Shown here in pieces: positions 1-7,956 of a stretch of DNA of 64,000 bases; the stretch's first letter is position 1; each line of letters begins with the position of its first letter. The DNA is taken from assembly GCA_023475165.1 (NCBI GenBank), contig JAMCWA010000070.1, positions 31,672-95,671 on the forward strand. The letters are read 5' to 3'. The notes under the pieces are model-generated. The model worked only from the letters and a program-made list of their open reading frames with translations, had not been told where the DNA came from and did not search any database. The stretch is from Bacillota bacterium. Lineage in GTDB: Bacteria > Bacillota > Sulfobacillia > JAMCWA01. The position numbers were made by a program, and so were the translations under genes.

Positions 1-609
1 GTAGCCTTGATCCCGGATCCATCTTTCTTCCCAGGCCCGGTCAAAGACCTCCCCCGCCAGCCGCCGGTGATCGGCGAAATCGATGGACACGGAATAAGAG
101 CCTTCCAGGGTGGCCAGCACACCTTTATCCCCTATTAATAAGGAAGCTCCCGCATCGCCAAAGATCTGTTCCTGCACGCTGCCGGCCTTCCCCAGACGAC
201 AGTCGGCGGCGGCCACCAGCACGCGCCCCCCCTCTTGCCCTACTTTTTCCGCGGCGGCCAGGAGGGCGCTGGTACCGGCTTTTAGCGATCCGGTGAAATC
301 GGCGGTGCGGAGATTTTCCCGGAGACAAAGAGCCGTCGCCGCAACCGAAGAATTCTGCCTTTCCGCGTAGGGAAAAGTGGTGGAAGCCAGGTAAAGGGCG
401 TCCACTGCATCCCGCTCCTGGCCTTCTAAACAATTTCTGGCCGCATTGACCGCCAAAGAGAGGCTATCTTCATCGTAGGAAGCCACCGCCTTTTCCCCGC
501 GCGTCCAGGCCCCCGTGGACATATTCAGCCAGCCTATGGCCGAGAACACCGCCCGGCGGTTCAAGCGGTTCCACGGGATATAGACACCGTACGACGTTAT
601 ACCGACCAT
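1..609 (-). CDS. HMG-CoA synthase / thiolase-superfamily condensing enzyme, N-terminal part (runs off the window edge)
   Basis: Not in the ORF track because it is open at the edge. Manual translation from ATG at 609 gives MVGITSYGVYIPWNRLNRRAVFSAIGW...GEKAVASYDEDSLSLAVNAARNCL, the typical GI-x-YG-YIP / E-x-AV-x-x-DEDS start of HMG-CoA-synthase-like proteins. GGAGG RBS upstream. Confidence 0.8.
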   Translation of the reverse strand, partial: MVGITSYGVYIPWNRLNRRAVFSAIGWLNMSTGAWTRGEKAVASYDEDSLSLAVNAARNCLEGQERDAVDALYLASTTFPYAERQNSSVAATALCLRENLRTADFTGSLKAGTSALLAAAEKVGQEGGRVLVAAADCRLGKAGSVQEQIFGDAGASLLIGDKGVLATLEGSYSVSIDFADHRRLAGEVFDRAWEERWIRDQGY

Positions 610-806
610 TTTGAGATCAGTCCTCCGGCCGCAAGAATACTTGTCCTGGGTCAGTTAATTCTATTCAAAAGAACCCGGCAGAAGTACAGATATGGGCGTC
701 AAACTGTCACACCCGGCCTAATTTTTCGGTTTATTAGGATAGTCTTATTAAGATAGACCCACTAGAGGGCCCCTTAGAGGATCCAGTCTTTACGTGTTTA
801 GACTAG

Positions 807-822
807 TGCAACAATTATGCCA
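807..822 (-). promoter_or_regulatory. sigma54 (-24/-12) promoter
   Basis: Minus strand reads TGGCAT-AATTG-TTGCA, matching TGGCAC-N5-TTGC. It points at the gene starting at 609 and lies next to a sigma54 activator gene. Confidence 0.85.
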
Positions 823-902
823 GCCTTTCTGGCCTTGCTCCCTCTCTGAACCCCTTAAAGGGACTGGCGTGCCGCCGGACGGCAATTACCCAAAATAAAA
901 AA

Positions 903-943
903 GTGTCCCGAAAAGAGGACACCGGTGTCTTTAAAGGCGGACA
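903..943. promoter_or_regulatory. Tandem enhancer-like sites (2x TGTC-N10-GACA) for a sigma54 activator
   Basis: gTGTCccgaaaagagGACAc (903-922) and TGTCtttaaaggcgGACA (926-943), about 80-120 bp upstream of the -24 element. Confidence 0.65.
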
Positions 944-1315
944 TTCCTCGCTTAGCGCCTTCGGTTACGAGAGTGCTTATCGTCTCGTAACGGGGAGCCG
1001 AAGTACTGGCCGCAGCTGGGAGAATCAGGAGGATAAAGCATATAAGTATTTGACGAGCCATGGGGCCACTGGCCATGCACTAGCCAGAAGCTCAGGGGTG
1101 AACCAGAATCACCGTCTTCACGGACACTCCTTCTTTTTAGGCTTTAGCTGGCCTGAGGGGACCGGCTGGACTGGGGGAACACTTCTGGCTAAGGTTCCGC
1201 CGCCGCAGGAGGCGGCCAAGAAATCTATCGACCGCTCGTCTCACTCCGAGGCGTCGAGCACCCTGATCGAGAAGGGCGATAAAGTGTCCCCCTACTGCGT
1301 CTCAACTAAATCTCT

Positions 1316-2779
1316 CTACGTCTCCCCTCTCCCCCCTGGTATCCCCAATCTTTTCATCTTCTCATATAAGTGGGAACGGCTGAGGTTAAGCAAGCGGGCC
1401 GCTTCGCTCTTGTTCCCGTTGGTCCTGGCCAGGGCTGACAAGATTAGTTCCCTTTCCCGTAAACCCATTTCGAAGCGGAATGTGTTCTCTGGCGCCGTCG
1501 TTCCGGAGTAAGTGGCTGCCTTCAGAAGATAGGGCGGGAGGTGTTCCACCCTGATCAAGCCCCGACGAACATAGTTCAAGGCCCTTTCGATGACATTCTC
1601 CAGCTCCCGGACGTTCCCCGGCCAGTGATGCCCCTTAAGGGCCATTAATGCTTCCTGGGAAATACCTCTGACGTGAGTATCAAGGACCTGATTATATTTT
1701 TCAATAAAATTCAGCACCAGGGGTTCGATGTCTTCCAGGCGTTCCCGCAGCGGGGGCAGGTGGAGGTTGATGACGTTCAGCCGGTAGTAGAGATCCTTCC
1801 GGAAGAGACCTTCCTCCACCGCTTTCCCCAAATCCTGGTTGGTGGCAGCGATTATCCTGATATCGACCTTGATCGTCTCCAAACTGCCAACGCGCTCGAA
1901 TTCCTTTTCTTCCAGGACACGGAGGAGTTTCGCCTGAAGCAAGGGAGACATGTCCCCGATCTCATCCAAAAAGACGGTACCCTGATGGGCCTTCTCCAAG
2001 CGACCCGGTTTTCCGGTGCGTAGGGCATCGGTAAAGGCCCCGGGGGCATAGCCAAAAAGCTCTGCTTCCAGGAGCTGCTCGGGGATAGCCGAACAGTTGA
2101 TCTTAATGAATTTGTGACCCCTTCTGGGGCTGCTCTCATGGATGGCCGAAGCGACGAGCCCCTTTCCTGTTCCGCTCTCGCCGGTGATCAGGACCGTGGA
2201 CCCTCCCCTGGCCACCTGGACGATTTCCTCTTTTATCCGTTTCATCAGCGGATTGACCGTTATGATATCGTCTATCCCACCATTATTTACGCTATTGATT
2301 CTGGCCACCCTTTCGGGTTCTTCAACATTCGCCATCCCGTCCTGCACGGAATAAAGAAAAGCCTGCAGTTGCGTGGCCAGGGCATCCAGCCTTCTGATGA
2401 GAGCCATAACCATGTTGCTCTTGGTCAAGAGCCCAACCACCCGTCCCTTGGCATCGAGAACGGGGGCCGTCCCTACTGGGCTTTTCTTCACCATTTCAAT
2501 CAGGGTCTCAAATGGGAGATTGGCCGGTAGGGTAAAGACGTCCTTGAGAAGATATGGGTCAATCGGATCTTGGAGATGGGCACCCCTCAAAAGAGCATCA
2601 TAGAGGCAAGACCTGGTCAAAGCGCTGAGGAGTTTTTCTTCTTCATCAACGACGGGGATAAAGTCGACCTTATTATGCCTGAAAATGCTGACCGCCTGGC
2701 CTAGCGTATCGCCGTAACGGAGGGGGGTAAAGCGGGTTTCGAGCAGCTCTTGCAAAAGCGGTCCGCGACGTAGAGACAT
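1316..2779 (-). CDS. sigma54-dependent transcriptional activator with N-terminal CBS pair, AAA+ and Fis-type HTH
   Basis: CBS-like repeats (IPVVDEEEKLL, APVLDAKGRVVGLLT), Walker A GESGTGK, GAFTDA loop, FLDEIG, WPGNVREL, NKSEAARLLNLSRSHLY. Start placed at MSLRR (2779) behind an AAGGGGG RBS. Confidence 0.92.
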   Translation of the reverse strand: MSLRRGPLLQELLETRFTPLRYGDTLGQAVSIFRHNKVDFIPVVDEEEKLLSALTRSCLYDALLRGAHLQDPIDPYLLKDVFTLPANLPFETLIEMVKKSPVGTAPVLDAKGRVVGLLTKSNMVMALIRRLDALATQLQAFLYSVQDGMANVEEPERVARINSVNNGGIDDIITVNPLMKRIKEEIVQVARGGSTVLITGESGTGKGLVASAIHESSPRRGHKFIKINCSAIPEQLLEAELFGYAPGAFTDALRTGKPGRLEKAHQGTVFLDEIGDMSPLLQAKLLRVLEEKEFERVGSLETIKVDIRIIAATNQDLGKAVEEGLFRKDLYYRLNVINLHLPPLRERLEDIEPLVLNFIEKYNQVLDTHVRGISQEALMALKGHHWPGNVRELENVIERALNYVRRGLIRVEHLPPYLLKAATYSGTTAPENTFRFEMGLRERELILSALARTNGNKSEAARLLNLSRSHLYEKMKRLGIPGGRGET

Positions 2780-3366
2780 AAAACGTCCCCCCTTGGAGGC
2801 GCCTGTTCTTCCAGTGGGTGAGTAAAAAGGACAATAGGAAAAAGCCATTCCTTGGAATCGAACGGGACTTTTGCTATTCCCGCAGCCCATTTGGCAAAAA
2901 GCAGCTCGTGTCTTTGGTTTTGGCGCGTCGGCGACTCACAGCCAACCCAGCTCGAACCGTCCTTTCGCTTCCAGACATCTTTATACCCAAGGAAGGCACC
3001 TTCCCAGGCCTTAGTCTCGATCAGATACACGCCAGGTGACCCGATCAATACGTGATCGATCTGGATAAATTCCTGCGGCTCGGGCTCAAGGACGACATCG
3101 TTGATAAGAATCCAGTCGCCGGGAAGCATCAGCCAAAAACTCAAAGAGGCCCGAATCTCTCCGCCACGGCCAACCATACGGTCACGGCCCTGGAGTAACT
3201 CAAAATTCAAGCCAGCAACGGGCTTAAGCGCCCAAGCCAGCCATGACGGCAGCTCCTCATCTAACCTCTCTTGGAGGGCTTCCTTTTCTCGCGAAATTTT
3301 CTCTTGGATCTTTTGCCGAAAGAGCTCCTTGACGCTTTCACTCTGGTTTAGAATTCTGGCCGGCAA
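2701..3366 (-). CDS. NERD (nuclease-related domain) protein, probably C-terminally truncated
   Basis: INDVVL...QIDHVLIGSPGVYLIETKAWEG is the NERD signature. After FPIVLFT the frame runs into the 5' end of the next gene. Confidence 0.75.
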   Translation of the reverse strand: MPARILNQSESVKELFRQKIQEKISREKEALQERLDEELPSWLAWALKPVAGLNFELLQGRDRMVGRGGEIRASLSFWLMLPGDWILINDVVLEPEPQEFIQIDHVLIGSPGVYLIETKAWEGAFLGYKDVWKRKDGSSWVGCESPTRQNQRHELLFAKWAAGIAKVPFDSKEWLFPIVLFTHPLEEQAPPRGDVLCLYVADRFCKSCSKPALPPSVTAIR

Positions 3367-3680
3367 GGTCCTTCCGTCCCCTCCAAAGGCACTTAAATAT
3401 TAAATTTTTCTATCAGCGCCAAAATGTAGGATGTGTTTCTCGATTTCTGAGAAACCTCCCTTCTGACTCCTTTCTCCCCATTCATGCTCTCCAACTCGAT
3501 TCCTCGGCCTCGAAGGTAGTTGCCGAGCCACCGTTAAAACTACAACGAGTCCGTCCACCGACACTGCGGGCACCGGCTGTCTGACAAAAACATATAGCGA
3601 CTACCGCTCATTGTCAATACTAAGTATGAAGCCCGGCTGGGCCGAGCCCCTCCTTGACGCTTTGAAGAAAGATGAGCTGG

Positions 3681-3722
3681 CTTAACAGCTCGACCTCTTG
3701 AGGAAAACCCAGGTGGGAAACC
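3681..3722 (-). repeat. 42-bp fragment of the soxB-like gene
   Basis: cttaacagctcgacctcttgaggaaaacccaggtgggaaacc is 41/42 identical to 35523-35564, with a third copy at 41541-41576. Confidence 0.9.
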
Positions 3723-3810
3723 CTCTCTGCCGATGGGCCTCTCCCCAGGACGATCCCATCCTCTGGGGGGATTATGCTATAAACTGAAGGTAGACCGGGC
3801 GGTGGGTACC

Positions 3811-4338
3811 ATGTCACTTACAGATACTCAGCGGCACGTCGTGGAACTAAGGACGTTTTCTCCTGGCCATGCAAGCTTTCTCCAGACCATACTAAAAGAG
3901 ATCTTAGACTACTATGGAGAGAGGCTCGTCGGTTTGGCCATCTTTGGTTCTTATGCCCGCCGCGAGAACACTAATAATTCAGATCTCGACCTGCTCATCA
4001 TTCTAAGAGGGGCCTCCTCAAGGCGCGAGCGCATTATCGAATTCGTTAACGAAATTGAGATGAAGCATGAAAAGATGGCCCAGCATCTGTACAAGAATGA
4101 AGGAATCTTAATTGAGCTTTCTCCTTACATCCTCAATGAGAGCGAGGCCCTTAAGTTGCAGCCCATCTACTTCGACCTGGTGGAACACCATAACATCTTG
4201 TACGATCCCCGAGGTATAATAGATCGAATTATTACGTCAACAAGCAGGTTATTGAAAGAAAAAGGCGCTCGCCGGCGGAGGCGAAATAATACCTGGGAGT
4301 GGCAAACGGGATATTTTCTAGGAGGCATAGACTTATGA
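3811..4338 (+). CDS. Minimal nucleotidyltransferase (MNT, type VII TA antitoxin family), copy 1
   Basis: IFGSYAR...SDLDLLII motif; near-identical to 40072-40599. Confidence 0.88.
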   Translation: MSLTDTQRHVVELRTFSPGHASFLQTILKEILDYYGERLVGLAIFGSYARRENTNNSDLDLLIILRGASSRRERIIEFVNEIEMKHEKMAQHLYKNEGILIELSPYILNESEALKLQPIYFDLVEHHNILYDPRGIIDRIITSTSRLLKEKGARRRRRNNTWEWQTGYFLGGIDL

Positions 4339-4378
4339 AGAATGATGAGCTGACCACGGCCTACTTAAAAAAGGCTAA
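4335..4378 (+). pseudogene. Truncated HEPN toxin (first 14-15 codons only)
   Basis: MKNDELTTAYLKKA is identical to the start of the intact HEPN gene at 40596; similarity then stops abruptly. Confidence 0.88.
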
Positions 4379-4408
4379 CCCACCTACTGAATCCGCAGAG
4401 CCTGTTCT

Positions 4409-4527
4409 TAATCGTTTGAGGCTGCATTCTGCCCTTGATTATAAGGAATCCAGAAGAATACGAGAGAAATTACGAGAACCAGAGAAAAGTTGCCTAAGTT
4501 GGTGTCCTATTAACCGGGGGAAGTCCA
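4409..4527 (+). mobile_element. IS3-family remnant (transposase C-terminus plus right end)
   Basis: NRLRLHSALDYK followed by frameshifted PEEYERNY resembles the IS3 YNxxRxHSxLGYxSPxxYE tail. It is followed by gtgtcctattaaccgggggaagtcCA, an IS3-type terminus. Confidence 0.75.
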
Positions 4528-4582
4528 GTCCACCGACCTCGGGCAAGACGGGGCGGGAGTCAGGCCAGGAACCCTTTTCTTT

Positions 4583-5380
4583 TCAGTAATTGTGCAAAAC
4601 TCCTTTTCCTGGCCCGATGCGCCGGTGGGGGACGATGTAGCTTTTCCCTTCGATTGAGGGCAAGAGAACCTCAACCCCATAGGCTTTTTCCAGGTTAGCC
4701 GGGGTCAAAACCTCACCGGGTGGCCCGGCTGCCAAAAGACGGCCTTTGGCCAGAAGAAGGACCATGTCGGCGTGCTGATTAGCCAGATTCAGATCGTGTA
4801 ACACCATAACTACCAATCGCCCGCCGTCTGCCATTTGACGCAAGACCTCAAAAACTAGAAGTTGGTAAGCCGGATCCAGGCTGTTGGTGGGCTCATCCAG
4901 GAGGATGACCTCCGTCTCCTGGGCCAAAGCCCGCGCCAGGAAAACCTTTTGCCTTTCACCGCCGCTCAACTCACCCACCGGGCGAAACTGGTATGGTTCC
5001 AGCTCTAACGTTCTGATGGCTTTTTCAGTTGCTTCCAGATCGCGCTGCGCAAGGAACCACGAGAACTGGGGGCGGCGACCTAACAATATGGCTTCGAAGA
5101 CCGGTAAGGAGGGCAAGGTTCCATCGTTTTGGGGGAGATAACTGATTCTTTTAGCCCGTTCTGGCCACGGATAGCTTTTCAGGTCCCGCCCGTTCAATTT
5201 TATGAATCCGCTTTTTGGGGTGACGAGGCCGGTCAGGGCTCTTAAGAGGGTACTCTTTCCCGTCCCGTTGGGACCGAGGATGGCCACCACCTGGCCTCCG
5301 TGCCAGTGACTGGAAACGCCCTCCAGCGAAAAATGAGAACCATAAGTAAAAAAGAGGTTTTCCAAAAGAAGACTGGTCAT
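4583..5380 (-). CDS. ABC transporter ATP-binding protein, FecE/BtuD/HmuV type
   Basis: GPNGTGKST, LSGGERQKV, LLDEPT, VLHDLNLA. Start placed at MTSLLL. Confidence 0.92.
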   Translation of the reverse strand: MTSLLLENLFFTYGSHFSLEGVSSHWHGGQVVAILGPNGTGKSTLLRALTGLVTPKSGFIKLNGRDLKSYPWPERAKRISYLPQNDGTLPSLPVFEAILLGRRPQFSWFLAQRDLEATEKAIRTLELEPYQFRPVGELSGGERQKVFLARALAQETEVILLDEPTNSLDPAYQLLVFEVLRQMADGGRLVVMVLHDLNLANQHADMVLLLAKGRLLAAGPPGEVLTPANLEKAYGVEVLLPSIEGKSYIVPHRRIGPGKGVLHNY

Positions 5381-5561
5381 TTCTAACTCTCCGCCAAAGA
5401 GGTGAAGGTTTGCCCCAGCGAGGTCACTTTTCACTATATAAACCACTAGAAGCCATTAGCGCCTGTGCAGCAGGGATGTAAACCTGGGCCAGACTTGGCT
5501 TCCGTCAACTATCGACTGGACCGACCCGGGCTCAAGCGTCCCTGGGGAGAACTTCAGCCCT

Positions 5562-6680
5562 TCATATCGACCAGGAACGGTGCGGATTCTTCAATAATAG
5601 GTACAGAAAGTAGGGTACCCCCAAAAAGGAAGTGACCACCCCAACGGGAATTTCGGCTGGGCTCAAGACAGTCCGGGCCAGGGTGTCAGCTATAAGGAGC
5701 AGCCAGGCGCCGAGGAGGGTCGCTCCCGGCAGGAGGAAGCGATGATCGTGCCCAAAAAGATAACGGCCCACGTGCGGGGCAATGAGCCCAATAAACCCGA
5801 TAGCTCCGGTAAAGGAAATGACCACGCTGGCCACGAGGGTGGCCAGGAGCAGAGTCAGGCGGATTAAACGTTGGGTGTCAACTCCTAGACTGCGGGCCAC
5901 GTCTTCGCCCAGGGCCAGGGTATTGAGATCCCAGGAACGAAAAAAGAGGATGAGGAGTCCCACCAGTACCACGGGGGCGGAGATGATGACCATGGTCCAA
6001 TCCGCCCACCAGAGTCCACCCATTAACCAAAAGACCACGTCCTGAAGTTGGTCGGCTTTGGCCAGATACTTTAAAACCGAAACCAGGGCAGAAAAAAGAT
6101 AGCCCAAGGCCACCCCCGCCAGAAGAATGGCCCCGCTGGAGGCACGTCGCCATTTGACCAAGGCTAAAGCGACCAGGACCGTGAAGAGAGCGCAGAGGAA
6201 AGCGGCGGCGGCGATGAAAATCTTGCCAAGCCGCCAGAAATCCGGACCGAAAATTTTGGCCCCAAAAACTAAGGCCAGGGCGGCGCCAAAGGAGGCCCCG
6301 GCTGAAAGCCCCAAAGTATAAGGAGAAACGAGAGGATTACGCAGGGTGGCCTGCATCACAGTACCGGCGCCAGCCAGGGCTGAACCGGTGATGACGCCCA
6401 TGAGGATTCGCGGCAAGCGGATTTCCCAGATCACCCGCTCGGCCAGCCCGGCCGCTCCTCCACTGGGGGCTGACCGGAAGAGGGCGAGGAGCAGGTCTCG
6501 CCAGGACAGGGAGACGGTACCGATGGTGAGGGCCCATCCGGCCGTAAGCAACAGCAAGATGACGAAAGCTAGCAGGAGGACAACGCGTTGGCGGATCAAA
6601 CCGCGCCAGGAAATGGTGACCTCCTGGGCCGCTTCGAAGGAAGTCTTTAGCCGTTCTGGCTGAGCTTTACTAATCGTCAT
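5562..6680 (-). CDS. FecCD/BtuC-family ABC permease
   Basis: IRLPRI, RNPLVSPYTLG, LGEDVARSLGV, IGFIGLIAPH, EIPVGVVT. Start placed at MTISK (6680); the longer ORF-track N-terminus overlaps chlI. Confidence 0.92.
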   Translation of the reverse strand: MTISKAQPERLKTSFEAAQEVTISWRGLIRQRVVLLLAFVILLLLTAGWALTIGTVSLSWRDLLLALFRSAPSGGAAGLAERVIWEIRLPRILMGVITGSALAGAGTVMQATLRNPLVSPYTLGLSAGASFGAALALVFGAKIFGPDFWRLGKIFIAAAAFLCALFTVLVALALVKWRRASSGAILLAGVALGYLFSALVSVLKYLAKADQLQDVVFWLMGGLWWADWTMVIISAPVVLVGLLILFFRSWDLNTLALGEDVARSLGVDTQRLIRLTLLLATLVASVVISFTGAIGFIGLIAPHVGRYLFGHDHRFLLPGATLLGAWLLLIADTLARTVLSPAEIPVGVVTSFLGVPYFLYLLLKNPHRSWSI

Positions 6681-6682
6681 GA

Positions 6683-7756
6683 TTAACTCCCCTGCCGGCT
6701 CAGGTTTGCTTTCTCCTGCCCCTGCTCCGTCGTTCCGTCGTTCCCCAAGAGGTCTTCCACCTTTTTCAGATCGGGTTGAGCTTCTTGGAAGGGCCGCCGG
6801 CGCAGGCGATGAGCTAAGGTCAGACCCGCCGTGGCCGCGATGTCTTCCCTGGTTACTTCCCGCCGTCCGCGCCAGGCGGCCATGGTCCGGGCGGCCTTGA
6901 GGAGGGTGATATCGGCCCGGTGGCCGTCGACCTCCAGGGTGGTGGCTATCTCGGCGATGAGGTAGAGGATTTCGTCGCTGGCAGTGACCTCGGGCAGAAG
7001 TTGGCGGGCGGAAAGGATCTGCTGGCGCCACTCTTGCTCCTGGTCCTGCCATTTTTGGTTAAAGCCAAGGGGATCTTCCTCAAAGGCCAGTCTGCGCCGG
7101 ATCACCTCCATCCGGAGGCTGGGATCACTGATCCCCTCGACATTGACGGCCAAGCCAAAACGGTCCAACAGCTGGGGCCTCAGTTCGCCCTCTTCGGGAT
7201 TCATGGTCCCAATGAGGATAAAGCTGGCCGGGTGAGAGAAGGAAACGCCCTCGCGTTCCACGTAGTTCACGCCCATGGCGGCGGCATCCAAAAGGACGTC
7301 CACGACGTGGTCATCCAGGAGGTTAACCTCGTCGACATAGAGGATGCCACGATTGGCCTGAGCCAGAAGGCCGGGTTCAAAATGCCTCTCGCCCTTCTTA
7401 ATGGCCGTTTCCAGATCCAGCGTTCCGACTACCCGGTCTTCAGTAGCCGAAACGGGCAATTCCACGACGCGCATCTGCCGGCGAGCCCGGGGGAGTTCTT
7501 CACCCGTTTCCCGACGCTGGCGACAATGGGGGCACATGCTGCCGATATCGTCGGGATCGCAGGAGAAAGGACAGTCCGCCACCACTTCGATCTCCGGCAA
7601 AAGGGCGGCCAAGGCGCGGACGGCGGTGGATTTAGCCGTCCCCTTCTCTCCCCGGATCAAGATCCCGGAAAGACGCGGATTGATGGCGTTGAGGATGAGA
7701 CCTTTTTTCATCTCTTCTTGCCCGACGATGGCCGAAAAGGGATAGATGGGTAGCAT
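6683..7756 (-). CDS. chlI: Mg/Co-chelatase AAA+ subunit, ChlI/BchI family
   Basis: [62 protein letters not shown]. Confidence 0.93.
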   Translation of the reverse strand: MLPIYPFSAIVGQEEMKKGLILNAINPRLSGILIRGEKGTAKSTAVRALAALLPEIEVVADCPFSCDPDDIGSMCPHCRQRRETGEELPRARRQMRVVELPVSATEDRVVGTLDLETAIKKGERHFEPGLLAQANRGILYVDEVNLLDDHVVDVLLDAAAMGVNYVEREGVSFSHPASFILIGTMNPEEGELRPQLLDRFGLAVNVEGISDPSLRMEVIRRRLAFEEDPLGFNQKWQDQEQEWRQQILSARQLLPEVTASDEILYLIAEIATTLEVDGHRADITLLKAARTMAAWRGRREVTREDIAATAGLTLAHRLRRRPFQEAQPDLKKVEDLLGNDGTTEQGQEKANLSRQGS

Positions 7757-7956
7757 GAGTGAGGGAGCCCTCCCTTTAGCAATTTGAGGGATAAAAACTA
7801 TTAATTATATCTTTGTGTTGGGGGTTGCGGCAACGGCGACTATTTTATAGCTCCTTCTGGCGTACCCACCAATATTCCATCTGGGGATCCTTCGGTTGAG
7901 GAAAGCACCTTCCACCGTTATGGCCAGTGGGCCGCAGCCGCATCGCCTGGCCGAGC

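Noticed and set aside
1050-1135. RBS plus GTG mini-ORF MKTVILVHP*ASG*C on the minus strand as a recoded gene
   Set aside because: It has two different stops within five codons and no recognisable family; probably a decayed fragment or chance.
903-1511. 202-aa plus-strand ORF and the many other antisense ORFs (for example 6920-7753, 9888-10691, 34484-35047, 47788-48501)
   Set aside because: They are shadows of well-supported genes in GC-rich DNA and have no motifs or RBS.
3650-3664. 14-bp match ctccttgacgcttt shared with the NERD gene at about 3325
   Set aside because: Too short and not extended on either side; cannot be separated from chance.
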